From sequence record SRR2962707_4674: DNA of 33,144 bases. One strand, 5' to 3'. Position 1 is the stretch's first letter. Every line of letters starts with the position of its first letter. The notes below the pieces were generated by a model, which saw nothing but the letters and a program-made list of their open reading frames with translations, did no database searches and had not been told where the DNA came from. Position numbers and translations under genes: made by a program. Below, piece by piece: positions 17,432 to 28,267 of this stretch.

Positions 17432-20400
17432 ATGAAAATTGCACGTTTTTCGATCCAGTATCCAATCTACACTTGGATATTCATTTTGTTTTCGTTGTTT
17501 GGTGGCGCATTTGGCTATCTCTCTGTTGGCAAGCTGGAAGACCCTAGTTTCACCCTGAAAAGCGCGCTGGTGATTACACCCTACCCCGGCGCGAACGCGG
17601 CTGAAGTGTCGACCGAAGTATCCGAGGTGCTGGAAGCAGAAATCCAGCAAATGGATGAGATTAAACAGGTCACATCCCGCAACACCCAAGGTCTGTCGGT
17701 GATCGAGGTAGAAGTCCAGGATACATACGACGGGGAAGAGCTTGTTCAGGTCTGGGACGACCTGCGAGACCGCGTATCGGATGCGCGGGCTGACCTGCCT
17801 GACGGGGCCCTGACATCAATTGTGAATGATGACTTTGGCGACGTTTACGGCATTCTATACGGCGTATCAGCCCCCGGCTTCACAGACGCCGAAATCTGGG
17901 AAATCTCGACCTATCTGCGCCGCAATCTGTTGACCGTCGAAGGCGTTGCGAACGTCCAGATACAGGGCCTGCCCGAAGAGGCGATATTCGTTGAACCGTC
18001 CTCGCAGATCCTGTCATCGCTTGGCGTTGATCCTACCTTGATCATCGGGGCAATCAGCGCATCCACCGAAGTCAATGCAACCGGTTTCGTTTCAAACGGC
18101 ACGAGCAATCTGCGCGTCTCGGCCCCGTCGGCCCAAGACAGTGTAAGCGAGATCAGCGGCCTTACATTTGGGTTTCAGGGCGAGGTAATGAACCTGCTCG
18201 ATATTGCCGCGGTCAGCCGTGGCCGTGTCGACGAACCCGAACATATACTGCGCCACAATGGCCAGGAAATATTCACCATGGGCGTGTCGGGCCTGTCGTC
18301 CGAAAACATTGTGGCGGTCGGCCACCGGGTCGAGGCCGAACTGGAAACACTGCAAACGCTTTTGCCCATCGGCGTTACGATCGAACCGATTTACGAACAA
18401 CATCGCGTCGTTGAGGAATCCAACGGTGCCTTCCTCGTCTCGCTGGCGCTTTCTGTCGGTGTGGTGATTGCCGTTCTGGCCATTTTCATGGGGCCACGCG
18501 CGGCAGTTGTTGTCGGGGTTTCCTTGTTGCTCACCGTTCTGGCGACGTTCTTTTTCATGTATCTATTCGAGGTCAAAGTCGAACGGATCAGTCTGGGCGC
18601 GTTGATCATTGCGATGGGGATGCTGGTGGATAATGCCATCGTGATCGCCGAAGGGATGCAACAAGACATGCGCAAGGGGATGTCGTCAAAAGACGCCGCT
18701 GACAGCGCCGCGAACAAGACGCAAATACCGCTGCTGGGTGCCACTGTGATCGGTGTCATGGCCTTTGCCGGGATCGGGTTGTCGCCGGATGCGTCGGGTG
18801 AATTCATGTTCTCGCTGTTTGCCGTGATCACCATTTCGTTGATGCTGTCGTGGCTGGTCGCTGTGACGATCACGCCGTTGCTGGGGCATTATATGTTCAA
18901 GATCGGCGGATTGGCGGCAGATGACAGCGGCTATGACGGGCCGGTTTTCCGCACCTACGGCTGGGTTGTTCGGTCGGCGTTGAAAATCCGCTGGCTGGTG
19001 ATTGCCGCATTGATTGGCACCACCGTCGCCAGCGTCATCGCATTTGGCAGCGTTAAACAGCAGTTTTTTCCGCCCGCCACCACGCCCCTGTTCTATCTTG
19101 AATACAAAGGCGTGCAGGGCACCTCGATCGAGACGACATCCCGTGATGTTAAAATCGTCGAGGACTGGCTGGCCGAGCGCGACGATGTCGCGGCCGTGAC
19201 GGCCACGATTGGCAAGGGGCTTAGCCGCTTTATGCTGACCTATGCCGCACCGGATTCCGACAGTTCCTTTGCGCAACTGGTGATCCGCGCCAAAGCCAAG
19301 GAAGACATCCCCGCCTTGCGTGCCGATCTGGATCAATTCGTAATCAACACCCTGCCTTGGGCGGAATTGCAGTCGAAACGGATCATCTTTGGGCCGCCTG
19401 TCAGTTCCGATATCGCAGCGCGGTTTTCCGGGCCCGATGCGGATGTGTTGCGTGATCTGGCCAATCAGGCCAAAGAAATCCTGATCACCGCAACGCCAAA
19501 TCTGCACAGCGAATATATCGATTGGCGCGAACAAGAGATCGTGACCCGGCCTCTTTACGCCGAAGATCGCGCACAAGCCGCAGGCATTTCACGTAGCGAT
19601 GTGGCCAACGCAATTGCCTTGGCGACCAACGGTATTCCTGCGGGCACCTACCGTGAACGCGACCGTCTGATCGACATCATTGTGCGCACCCCGCGCAGTG
19701 AAACTGCCCGTGACGGTCAGCTGTTGGACCAGATCGTTTATTCAAGTGCCATTCAGGATTATCTTCCGCTGATGCAACTGATCGACGGCTTCGAGGTCTT
19801 GACCCAGAACCCCGTCGTTGAGCGACGCAATAGGGTTCAGACGATCACCGTAAACGCCAATGTTATCGACGGGCTGACCGCGCCAAGCGTATTCCCCGAG
19901 GTCCGCGCACAAATCGAGGCCATTGAGCTGCCGCCCGGCTATGTGATGGAATGGGGCGGCGAATTCGAGAGCGCCGGCGATGCGCAGGAATCGCTGGGCA
20001 AACAAATGCCGCTCAGCTTCGGAACAATGCTGCTGATCACGATTCTGCTGTTTGGCAAGCTGCGTCAGACGGCTGTGATCTGGACGATTGTTCCGATGTC
20101 GATCATCGGCGTGTCGCTGGGCCTGCTGTTCACGGGGTTGGCGTTCAGCTTTACCGCCTTGCTGGGGCTGCTCGCGCTGTCGGGGATGCTGATCAAGAAC
20201 GCGATTGTTCTGGTCGAGGAAATCGACGTGCAAAAGGCCGAAGGGCTGTCTCAGAAAGAGGCGATCATAACGGCCAGCGTGTCGCGCCTGCGGCCTGTGA
20301 TCTTGGCCGCTGGTACGACGATTTTGGGCATGATCCCGTTGCTATATGACGGGTTCTTTGCCGCGATGGCCGTGACGATCATGGGCGGTCTTGGCTTTGC

Positions 20401-20482
20401 CTCTGTGCTGACCCTGATCGGTGTGCCCGTCTTGTACCACACCTATCTGCGCAAGGAACGCGTCGCCGAGGCGCAAGCCTGA
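17432..20482 (+). CDS. RND efflux permease (AcrB/AcrD/AcrF family)
   Basis: LEDP.F, YPGA, GMLVDNAIV, GMLIKNAIVL, RLRPV; 1016 aa. Confidence 0.95.
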   Translation: MKIARFSIQYPIYTWIFILFSLFGGAFGYLSVGKLEDPSFTLKSALVITPYPGANAAEVSTEVSEVLEAEIQQMDEIKQVTSRNTQGLSVIEVEVQDTYDGEELVQVWDDLRDRVSDARADLPDGALTSIVNDDFGDVYGILYGVSAPGFTDAEIWEISTYLRRNLLTVEGVANVQIQGLPEEAIFVEPSSQILSSLGVDPTLIIGAISASTEVNATGFVSNGTSNLRVSAPSAQDSVSEISGLTFGFQGEVMNLLDIAAVSRGRVDEPEHILRHNGQEIFTMGVSGLSSENIVAVGHRVEAELETLQTLLPIGVTIEPIYEQHRVVEESNGAFLVSLALSVGVVIAVLAIFMGPRAAVVVGVSLLLTVLATFFFMYLFEVKVERISLGALIIAMGMLVDNAIVIAEGMQQDMRKGMSSKDAADSAANKTQIPLLGATVIGVMAFAGIGLSPDASGEFMFSLFAVITISLMLSWLVAVTITPLLGHYMFKIGGLAADDSGYDGPVFRTYGWVVRSALKIRWLVIAALIGTTVASVIAFGSVKQQFFPPATTPLFYLEYKGVQGTSIETTSRDVKIVEDWLAERDDVAAVTATIGKGLSRFMLTYAAPDSDSSFAQLVIRAKAKEDIPALRADLDQFVINTLPWAELQSKRIIFGPPVSSDIAARFSGPDADVLRDLANQAKEILITATPNLHSEYIDWREQEIVTRPLYAEDRAQAAGISRSDVANAIALATNGIPAGTYRERDRLIDIIVRTPRSETARDGQLLDQIVYSSAIQDYLPLMQLIDGFEVLTQNPVVERRNRVQTITVNANVIDGLTAPSVFPEVRAQIEAIELPPGYVMEWGGEFESAGDAQESLGKQMPLSFGTMLLITILLFGKLRQTAVIWTIVPMSIIGVSLGLLFTGLAFSFTALLGLLALSGMLIKNAIVLVEEIDVQKAEGLSQKEAIITASVSRLRPVILAAGTTILGMIPLLYDGFFAAMAVTIMGGLGFASVLTLIGVPVLYHTYLRKERVAEAQA

Positions 20483-20488
20483 TAAAGC

Positions 20489-20520
20489 GCGGGGCATTCG
20501 TATGATGCGCAATGCCCCGC
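20489..20520 (+). terminator. Hairpin after the RND permease gene
   Basis: GCGGGGCATT-N12-AATGCCCCGC. Confidence 0.6.
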
Positions 20521-20585
20521 ACGCCCCCGGGTAACAAAGCCCCCCATCCGGTTTCGCCACCTTTTTTGCGCGGGGTCCGGCATAA

Positions 20586-20599
20586 TTGATCTAGGTCAA
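20586..20599. promoter_or_regulatory. FNR/FnrL-type binding site
   Basis: TTGAT-CTAG-GTCAA, 9/10 match to TTGAT-N4-ATCAA, intergenic. Confidence 0.7.
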
Positions 20600-20819
20600 C
20601 GCGGCCTGCCCCGAGCTATGGCACCTTTTCTAAAGCAAGAAAGGTAAGTGGACGCGTGGCAACTATCTCCCAAAGACAATGCAAACCCCATCGCGGTCGA
20701 AAGACCGGCAATGCATTATGCGTGGCCGCCGCCCTTTACCACTTGCACATTAAGCCCGTGTTCCCTGCGCGCCCCTGAAAAAGCCGGGCGCGCCCCAATT
20801 CCCATATGAAGGACAGATA

Positions 20820-21065
20820 ATGTCGAATACCCCACATGAACTGGCAGCCGAATTCCCCGAACATGTCAGCCGCATGCACGAGCTTTGCGTCTCTGACGCG
20901 CATTTTGAGAAGCTGCACGATGCGTACCATGTCGCCAATCGCGCGGTGCATGCTGCCGAAACCAACGTAAAGCCGACATCGGATGAGCACCTGACCGAAT
21001 TGCGTAAGGAACGGATGCTGCTCAAGGATCAGGTCTATGCCTATCTGACCGCCGACAAAGTTTAA
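20820..21065 (+). CDS. YdcH/DUF465 family small protein
   Basis: PHELAAEFPE..DAHF..YH..NR..LRKERMLLKD; AAGGA RBS. Confidence 0.88.
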   Translation: MSNTPHELAAEFPEHVSRMHELCVSDAHFEKLHDAYHVANRAVHAAETNVKPTSDEHLTELRKERMLLKDQVYAYLTADKV

Positions 21066-21110
21066 AAGGAGCGCCTGAAGCCTCAGGCGATTATCCGTCA
21101 TCAACGGATC

Positions 21111-21141
21111 AAAGCGGGCCTTATGCCAAGGTCCGCTTTTT
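21111..21141 (+). terminator. Intrinsic terminator
   Basis: AAAGCGGGCCTT-atgcc-AAGGTCCGCTTT followed by T-tract. Confidence 0.75.
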
Positions 21142-21300
21142 GCATTTTTACCGCTCATCTATCATGCGGTCCGGCGTCTGACCCCAAGCGATCCCGTTTG
21201 GCATATGTATTCTATGCTCTGAACTAATCCGTCAGCACGGGGTTCATGTGGCACCTCCCCCCCGCGCCATACTGCTTTGGATAATTTATTGGCAATCTTT

Positions 21301-21326
21301 GGAACTGTTCGCGCCGTCCCTTCGTT
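21301..21326 (+). promoter_or_regulatory. EcfG/SigT/RpoE2-type general stress promoter
   Basis: GGAAC-N17-CGTT, 68 nt upstream of the cytochrome c start. Confidence 0.65.
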
Positions 21327-21394
21327 GGATCATGAGGTGTCAATTTACGGCACCCTTCCACACGCCTGCGTGCATACTGATCAAGGATATCCCA

Positions 21395-22696
21395 ATGCTG
21401 AAAAAAATCTTCCTCGGAGCTGTGGCCTTGGGGGTCATCGGCGCATTGGGTTTTGGCGTCTACGCGTATAAATCACCAATCGATCCGATCAGCGCCGATC
21501 AGCGCGATGCATTTGATCCTGATGTTATCGAAAAGGGCCGCATTCTGGCCGCCGCTGGATATTGCGCCACCTGCCATACAGCTGCCGATGGCCCGGCATA
21601 TGCGGGCAACTACGCGATGGATACCGGGTTTGGCACGATCTACTCGACCAACCTGACGCCCGACATGGACACCGGCATCGGGTCATATTCCCCCGCTGCA
21701 TTCCGCCGCGCCATGCACGAAGGTGTCGACCGCGAAGGCCGTCATTTGTTCCCCGCCTTCCCCTATGATCACTTTACCAAAATGACCGACGAAGATGTGG
21801 ATGCGATCTATGCCTACATCATGACCGAGGTCGAGCCGGTCAAAACAGTTCAGAAAGAGAACGAACTGCCATTCCCGCTGGACCAACGGTTCTTGCAAGC
21901 CGGATGGAAGCTGCTGTTCGCCGATTTTGGTCAATACGAGCCTGACCCGACCCATTCGGATGCGTGGAACCGCGGTGCCTATCTGGCCGAGGGCCTGACC
22001 CACTGTGGGGCCTGTCACACACCGCGCAACCTGCTTGGCGCGGAAAAAGCATCACAGCAATACGCCGGTGCCGAGATCGACCGCTGGAGCGCACCTGCCC
22101 TGACGGCGGCCAACGCGTCTGCCGTGCCTTGGACAGCGGCTGAATTCAAAACATATCTCATTGACGGCACAACGACCTATCACGGCGTCGCGGCGGGCCC
22201 GATGGGCCCCGTGGTTCATGAAGGTGTGCGTGAATTGCCGCAAAGCGATATGGACGCATTGGCCGTGTATCTGGCCGACAAGGTCGGTGCGACAGATGAT
22301 GATCCCGCACAAAGCAAAGTCGTCTTGGCCAGCTTGCAACGCAACCAGCCCGACCCGCAGTATCGCCGCGACTTGGGCGAAAGGCTCTATGCGACGGCCT
22401 GTGCATCATGCCACTACAACGCCGAACAAGTCCGCCAGGGGCGTCCCGACTTGGGCATCAACTCTGCCACCAATCTGGAACAGCCCAACAACCTGATCCA
22501 TGTCATGCTGGACGGCGTCAACGGCCCCGAGGGTATTCCGGGCGTCGTCATGCCGGGTTTTCGTGGCGCGTTGAACGACGATGAAATTACCGCGATTGCC
22601 GCCTATTTGCGCAGCAACCGTGCAGGCAAACCGGCCTGGCCAAATCTGGCGGATACGGTTGCCGATATCCGTGTGAACGGTCCCACCGCACACTAA
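21395..22696 (+). CDS. Tri-heme cytochrome c subunit of a membrane-bound dehydrogenase (AldF-like)
   Basis: Three CxxCH motifs (CATCH, CGACH, CASCH), [23 protein letters not shown]-terminal membrane anchor; AAGGA RBS before ATG 21395. Confidence 0.9.
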   Translation: MLKKIFLGAVALGVIGALGFGVYAYKSPIDPISADQRDAFDPDVIEKGRILAAAGYCATCHTAADGPAYAGNYAMDTGFGTIYSTNLTPDMDTGIGSYSPAAFRRAMHEGVDREGRHLFPAFPYDHFTKMTDEDVDAIYAYIMTEVEPVKTVQKENELPFPLDQRFLQAGWKLLFADFGQYEPDPTHSDAWNRGAYLAEGLTHCGACHTPRNLLGAEKASQQYAGAEIDRWSAPALTAANASAVPWTAAEFKTYLIDGTTTYHGVAAGPMGPVVHEGVRELPQSDMDALAVYLADKVGATDDDPAQSKVVLASLQRNQPDPQYRRDLGERLYATACASCHYNAEQVRQGRPDLGINSATNLEQPNNLIHVMLDGVNGPEGIPGVVMPGFRGALNDDEITAIAAYLRSNRAGKPAWPNLADTVADIRVNGPTAH

Positions 22697-22712
22697 TCTA
22701 AAGGAAGACAAG

Positions 22713-23186
22713 ATGATAAAATTTCAGATCAACGGACGCGATGTCAGCGTCGACGCAGATCCTGATACGCCACTGCTGTGGGCCATCCGCGACGAAGTCG
22801 GTTTGACCGGTACAAAATTTGGATGTGGCATCGGCATGTGCGGCGCCTGCACCGTTCACGTTGGCGGCCGCGCCACGCGGTCCTGCATCACGCCGCTGTC
22901 CGATGTGGCCGGCACCAGCGTTACCACGATCGAAGGCTTGGACGAACAATCCAACCACCCGGTCCAAGAGGCATGGCGCAATTTGCGTGTGCCCCAATGT
23001 GGCTACTGCCAGTCAGGACAGATCATGCAAGCCGCCGCGTTGCTGCAAGACATCCCCGATCCCAGCGACGACGATATCGATGCCGTCATGACCGGCAACC
23101 TTTGCCGCTGCATGACCTATCCGCGCATTCGCCAAGCCGTCCGCGAAGCCGCGACCGCCATGACAGGAGCGCAAGATAATGGGTAA
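22713..23186 (+). CDS. (2Fe-2S)-binding small subunit (IorA/AldG-like)
   Basis: [31 protein letters not shown]. Confidence 0.95.
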   Translation: MIKFQINGRDVSVDADPDTPLLWAIRDEVGLTGTKFGCGIGMCGACTVHVGGRATRSCITPLSDVAGTSVTTIEGLDEQSNHPVQEAWRNLRVPQCGYCQSGQIMQAAALLQDIPDPSDDDIDAVMTGNLCRCMTYPRIRQAVREAATAMTGAQDNG

Positions 23187-25500
23187 TAAATTGCTTTCAC
23201 GCCTCACCAATTCCGCCAAACCGGCCCATCTTAGCCGTCGCGGTTTCCTTGTCTCGATGACTGCCGCGGGCGTTGCATTCGGGTTCCCCCGCGCGTCGCT
23301 TGCCGCGATGGACCCAGCCGCCCCTAACGGGGTGCCGGTCACGCCCACAGGCGACACGTTCGAGCCGACCCTGTGGTACTGGATCGACAGCGAGGGCAAG
23401 GTGAACGTCAACATCACCCGCGCCGAGATGGGCCAGCACGTCGGCACCGCCATCGCGCGTATCCTCGCCGATGAGCTTGAGGTCGCATGGGAAGACGTCA
23501 ACATCACCCATGTCGATACGGCTGAAAAATGGGGCACCATGGTCACGGGCGGCAGCTGGTCAATCTGGCAAAGCTGGCCGGTTTACCGCCAAGCCGGGGC
23601 CGCTGGACGCGTTGCACTGATCGAAGCTGCCGCTGAAAAGTGGGGCGTCGATGCAAGCGCGTGCCAAGCCCGCGATGGGTCTGTCACGGATGGCACCAAC
23701 ACCATCACCTATGCCGAGCTGGTCAGCGCTGGTTTGACCCGCAGCTTTACCGAGGACGAGCTAAAGGCGTTGCCGCTCAAGCCGCATTCCGAACTGCGTC
23801 TGGTCGGCAAGGATGTAACCGCGCTGGACATCGGGACCAAGATCAACGGTCAGGCAATCTATGGTCTGGACGCCAAGGTTGACGGGATGGTTTACGGTGT
23901 CCCGCTGTTGCCGCCCACACGTCTGGGATCGTCGGTTACATCCGTTGATGACAGTGCGGCCAAGGATGTCAAAGGCTACCTGCAAACGCTGACGCTGGAT
24001 GATCCATCGGGCACCGTGCCGGGCTGGGTCGTTGTATTGGGTGAAACGCTGATGGCGGCCAAATGGGCGTCACAAGCGATCACGGTTGAATGGGCCGCTG
24101 GCGAAACCGCTAACGTATCCGAGGCCGATATCAACGCGCGGTCCCGCGAATTGATCGACGATGCATCCGCCGGGGCCATTCTGCACACCGAAACGCCTGA
24201 TACCAGTACCGCCTTTGACGGCGCGGCAAATGTGATCGAGGCTGAATATACGACGCAGACCGTGCTGCATTTCCAGCTTGAGCCGGTGAACGCGACGGCC
24301 TTTCAGAACCAAGACGGCATTTGGGAAATCCACACGGGCAACCAATGGCAATCGCTTATTCTGCCCACGCTGTCGGCTGCATTGGATGCGCCTGCCGACA
24401 AAATCGTGATGCGCACCTATATGTTGGGCGGCGGTTTTGGCCGACGTCTGAACGGGGATTATACAGTGCCAGCGGCGCTTGCGTCTAAGGCGCTTGGCGG
24501 CAAACCGGTCAAACTGGTGTTCTTCCGCGAGGATGACGCCCAGTTCGACAGCCCCCGTTCGCCCAGCGTTCAGAAACTGCGCATGGCCTTTGATGACACC
24601 CAACAGATCGTTGGCATGGAACATCACGCCGCGGCTGGCTGGCCCACTGGTGTCATGGTCCCGTCATTTATGCCCAACGGTGTGAACGGTGAACCCTATG
24701 ATCCCTTTGCCATTGATGGTGCGGATCATTGGTATTCGGTGGGCGCACACAAGGTGCGGGCAATCTCGAACGATCTGGCCAACCAGACCTTCCGCCCCGG
24801 TTGGCTGCGGTCTGTCGGGCCGGGCTGGACGAACTTTGCCGTAGAAAGCTTTATGGACGAGGCGGCCCACCAGATCAAAGCTGACCCGTTGGAGTTCCGT
24901 CTTCAGCACCTCAAGGCCCAAGGCTATAACGCAGGGTCTGCCCCTAACGCTGTGGGCGGCGCATCGCGTCAGGCAAACGTTCTGCGAAAGGTAGCCGAAA
25001 TGTCCGGCTATGGGTCAACCGATCTGCCTGCGGATACCGCAATCGGGATTGCAACCACCTTTGGCCAATCGCGCAGCATGCCAACATGGACCGCAGGTGC
25101 CGTAAAGCTGCACATCGACCGCGCAACCGGTGAGATTGACGTGCAGAAAATGTGGCTGGCGTTTGATTGCGGCACCGTCGTGGACCCTGATAGCGCCCGC
25201 GCCCAATGCGAGGGTGCGGCGCTGTGGGGCCTGTCGATGGCGCTGTACGAAGGGACATTGTTTGAAGACGGCAATGTCGTCGACCGCAACCTTGGCACCT
25301 ATACGCCGCTGCGCATGATCGACACGCCAGACATGGAAATCGCATTCGTTGACAGCACCGAAGTGCCTGTTGGCCTAGGTGAACCCGGCACGACGGTAAT
25401 TGCCCCCGCGATTGCCAATGCGATCTACAATGCGGTTGGTGCACGTATGCGCCAGTTGCCGATCCGCCCTGACGACATTCTGGCCGCGATCAACGCCTAA
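23179..25500 (+). CDS. Molybdopterin-binding large subunit (IorB/AldH-like), Tat-exported
   Basis: SRRGFL Tat signal, EMGQ, TGGS, GGGFGRR, WLRSV, GLGEP. Confidence 0.93.
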   Translation: MGNKLLSRLTNSAKPAHLSRRGFLVSMTAAGVAFGFPRASLAAMDPAAPNGVPVTPTGDTFEPTLWYWIDSEGKVNVNITRAEMGQHVGTAIARILADELEVAWEDVNITHVDTAEKWGTMVTGGSWSIWQSWPVYRQAGAAGRVALIEAAAEKWGVDASACQARDGSVTDGTNTITYAELVSAGLTRSFTEDELKALPLKPHSELRLVGKDVTALDIGTKINGQAIYGLDAKVDGMVYGVPLLPPTRLGSSVTSVDDSAAKDVKGYLQTLTLDDPSGTVPGWVVVLGETLMAAKWASQAITVEWAAGETANVSEADINARSRELIDDASAGAILHTETPDTSTAFDGAANVIEAEYTTQTVLHFQLEPVNATAFQNQDGIWEIHTGNQWQSLILPTLSAALDAPADKIVMRTYMLGGGFGRRLNGDYTVPAALASKALGGKPVKLVFFREDDAQFDSPRSPSVQKLRMAFDDTQQIVGMEHHAAAGWPTGVMVPSFMPNGVNGEPYDPFAIDGADHWYSVGAHKVRAISNDLANQTFRPGWLRSVGPGWTNFAVESFMDEAAHQIKADPLEFRLQHLKAQGYNAGSAPNAVGGASRQANVLRKVAEMSGYGSTDLPADTAIGIATTFGQSRSMPTWTAGAVKLHIDRATGEIDVQKMWLAFDCGTVVDPDSARAQCEGAALWGLSMALYEGTLFEDGNVVDRNLGTYTPLRMIDTPDMEIAFVDSTEVPVGLGEPGTTVIAPAIANAIYNAVGARMRQLPIRPDDILAAINA

Positions 25501-25510
25501 AACTAACGCA

Positions 25511-25532
25511 GGTGTCCGGGCAACCGGGCACC
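25511..25532 (+). terminator. GNRA-loop hairpin after the molybdoenzyme operon
   Basis: GGTGTCCGG-gcaa-CCGGGCACC. Confidence 0.5.
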
Positions 25533-25748
25533 AGCGCCCTGCGGTGCCGTCCACGGGCAGAGTTGCCCCCAGTTGCGCTGCCCCTAGCATCGCAAAGGAT
25601 ATCGGCAGCCCTTTAGACCATGCAAATGGTCGACTTTTGTCCAGAACAACCTACTTTTCTTTACAGCCCGCTGCCCCCATAAGGCACCAGCCCATTCGGC
25701 GGGCGCGGCACACCATGTGTGATCAATCGGTCTGAAAAGAGAGTAACT

Positions 25749-28190
25749 ATGAAGAACCTTTCCAATACAGCTGCCACGCCCGGCAAAATATTCCTGCTTA
25801 TTGCGGCGGCTGTTATGTTCAGTCTGTTCACACTTTTGCCCGTCTCGACACAGGCGCAATCGCTGTTCCCCGGTGCCGGGGGATCCACCGCAAGTGACAC
25901 AAGTTCAGATGCCGCAGCCGAGGGTGATCAAACCCCGTTGGCGACGCTGCTTGAGGTTCTGAAAGACGATGACGCCCGCGCCGAACTGATCGCCGATCTG
26001 GAGCGAACAGTCGCGCCGCAAAACGAAGACGCGCAAGCGACTGGCGATGAAACCAGCCCGGCCACCACTGGCAAGGAAGACATGTCTATTGTCGGCCAGA
26101 TCGCAGCAACGACCCAACATTTCGTCGAAACCTCTGCCGCCACGGTGACCACGTTTTGGGCATCCCTCACGGGCGGTGTCACAGGCGGCGAGGGTGTCCT
26201 GTCGGGCCTAAGCGGGACCGAGCTGTCTGTACTGCTGGACGCACTTCCGGGCCTGTTGGCGGTGATCGTGATCACCTTCGCCATTTTCTTGATACTGCGC
26301 TATTTTGCCCGCAACCGTTATGCACGGATGGGCGAAAAGGCCGAAAATGTCGGTATTTTCCGGTCGATAGCACTGTTCGTCCGGTCAAACCTTCTTGATG
26401 CGTTGATCGTCATTGTGGCATGGGCTGCGGGGTATTTGATCACCCTCTTTGCCGTCGGCGAAGCCGGAGAGATCGGCATCAGGCAATCCCTGTACCTGAA
26501 CGCATTCATGCTGGTCGAAATGACCAAAGTCGTGATCCGCGCGTTCCTTTCGCCTGCTACATCCGGCTTGCGCATTGTCCCGGTCAGCGATTTCGCAGCG
26601 CGGGCTTTGAACCGCTACCTCAACATTGTGGTGAGCGTGCTGGGCTATGGCCAACTGCTGATCGTGCCGATCATCAACCAAAACATAAATGCCGCCGCTG
26701 CATCTGGCGTATCTGCGCTGCTGTCGGTGATTGTGCTGCTGTATTTGGTCTATGTCGTGCTGCGCCGTCGCAAGGACGTGGCCCGCTGGTTGCAAGATGA
26801 CACTGCGCCAGAAATTTCCGTCAGCGCGGCAGGTTCGGCCCCCGTACAGGACCGCAAAGACAGCGTGGCCATGCGGGTTTTACGCGCGCTGGCCGGGGTC
26901 TGGCACTGGGTGGTTTTGGGATATATCGCCGCGATGTTCATTGTTGTGATGACCCAATCTGGCGACGTGACCTGGAACGCCATCGAAGGATCGGGCAAAG
27001 TTCTGGCCGCGATCATCGTAGCTGCGCTATTGTCTGGTGTGCTGACCCGTGCGGTTCACCGTGGCATTTCACTGCCCCAAGATATCAATGAAAAGCTGCC
27101 TCTGCTGGAACGTCGGATCAACACCTTTGTTCCACGGGCGTTCAGCGCATTGCGGTTGATCCTTTTGATCTGCGTGCTGATGTTCGCGTTGGACGTGATC
27201 GGAATGATCGACATGAAAGGCTGGTTGGAAAGCAAGTTCGGCCTGGCGGTAACAACGGCGCTGGTCTCGGTCGGGGTGATCCTGACTGTGGCTTTTGGCA
27301 TCTGGTTGGCCCTGACATCCTTTGTCGACTATAAACTGAACCCCGAATACGGGGCGGTGCCGACGTCCCGCGAGACGACATTGTGGGGCCTGATGCGCAA
27401 TGCCGCAACGATTGCATTGGCGGTGCTGACGTTGATGTTCGTGCTAAGCGAAATTGGTCTGGATATCGGACCGCTGCTGGCGTCAGCCGGGGTGTTGGGT
27501 CTGGCCATCGGTTTTGGTGCGCAAAAGATGGTCCAAGACATTATCACCGGCATTTTCATCCAGTTCGAAAACGTCATCAACGTCGGTGACGTGATTACAG
27601 TGGGCGGCACCACTGGGACGGTCGAAAAGCTGTCTGTGCGGTCGGTATCCCTGCGTGACGTCCAAGGTGCGTTCCACATGATCCCGTTTTCGACGGTGGA
27701 TATGGTCAGCAATTACATGCGCGGGTTCGCCTATACCGTGACCGACATGGGCATCGCGTACCGCGAGAATATCGAAGAGGCCAAGCAAGCCATGTTCGAG
27801 GCGTTTGATCGGATGATGAAAAACGAGCCTGAGATTGCAGATGAAATCATCAGTGAGCTGGAATGGTTCGGGGTCCAATCCTTGGGCGATAGCGCCGTTG
27901 TTCTGCGGACGCGGATGAAGACCAAACCTGGCAAACAATGGGGCATTGGCCGGATGTTCAACGGCTATCTCAAGATGGTGTTCGACGAGCGCGGCATTGA
28001 AATTCCGTTCCCGCAGCAAACCATCTGGCTGGGCGAAAACAAGGACGGCACCACGCAGCCGTTCAAGATTGAAGGCCCCAAGAAAACCGAAACGTCACCC
28101 GCCCAAAAGAGCGAGACCAAGCAGATCAAACGGGACGACGTACCCGACAGTGATGATGCGGATGATGCAGAGGGCGGCGCAGACCGCTAA
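25749..28190 (+). CDS. Large MscS-family mechanosensitive channel (YbiO-like)
   Basis: Signal peptide, many TM helices, LLASAGVLGLAIGFGAQ..DIITG, GTVE.L, GIEIPFPQ; start at ATG 25749. Confidence 0.92.
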   Translation: MKNLSNTAATPGKIFLLIAAAVMFSLFTLLPVSTQAQSLFPGAGGSTASDTSSDAAAEGDQTPLATLLEVLKDDDARAELIADLERTVAPQNEDAQATGDETSPATTGKEDMSIVGQIAATTQHFVETSAATVTTFWASLTGGVTGGEGVLSGLSGTELSVLLDALPGLLAVIVITFAIFLILRYFARNRYARMGEKAENVGIFRSIALFVRSNLLDALIVIVAWAAGYLITLFAVGEAGEIGIRQSLYLNAFMLVEMTKVVIRAFLSPATSGLRIVPVSDFAARALNRYLNIVVSVLGYGQLLIVPIINQNINAAAASGVSALLSVIVLLYLVYVVLRRRKDVARWLQDDTAPEISVSAAGSAPVQDRKDSVAMRVLRALAGVWHWVVLGYIAAMFIVVMTQSGDVTWNAIEGSGKVLAAIIVAALLSGVLTRAVHRGISLPQDINEKLPLLERRINTFVPRAFSALRLILLICVLMFALDVIGMIDMKGWLESKFGLAVTTALVSVGVILTVAFGIWLALTSFVDYKLNPEYGAVPTSRETTLWGLMRNAATIALAVLTLMFVLSEIGLDIGPLLASAGVLGLAIGFGAQKMVQDIITGIFIQFENVINVGDVITVGGTTGTVEKLSVRSVSLRDVQGAFHMIPFSTVDMVSNYMRGFAYTVTDMGIAYRENIEEAKQAMFEAFDRMMKNEPEIADEIISELEWFGVQSLGDSAVVLRTRMKTKPGKQWGIGRMFNGYLKMVFDERGIEIPFPQQTIWLGENKDGTTQPFKIEGPKKTETSPAQKSETKQIKRDDVPDSDDADDAEGGADR

Positions 28191-28204
28191 CCCCGTCCGA
28201 AAGA

Positions 28205-28248
28205 TAAAAAAATAGCCCCCCGCATCACATCGAGGCGGGGGGCTTTTT
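28205..28248. terminator. Bidirectional intrinsic terminator
   Basis: A-tract, AGCCCCCCGC-loop-GCGGGGGGCT, T-tract, between convergent genes. Confidence 0.85.
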
Positions 28249-28267
28249 CTTGTTCAGTTATGATAGT

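Noticed and set aside
18686-19576. 296-aa antisense ORF in the RND gene, and similar ones (9984-10712, 30849-31547, 3784-4434)
   Set aside because: They lie on the opposite strand of well-supported genes in GC-rich DNA, with shadow-ORF composition
20736-21158. 140-aa minus-strand ORF
   Set aside because: Antisense to the DUF465 gene, which has an RBS and family motifs
21248-21394. N-terminal extensions in the ORF track (also 4625, 6665, 9745, 16265, 25719, 29866)
   Set aside because: Downstream starts fit RBS or family N-termini better; the extensions overlap promoters or neighbouring genes
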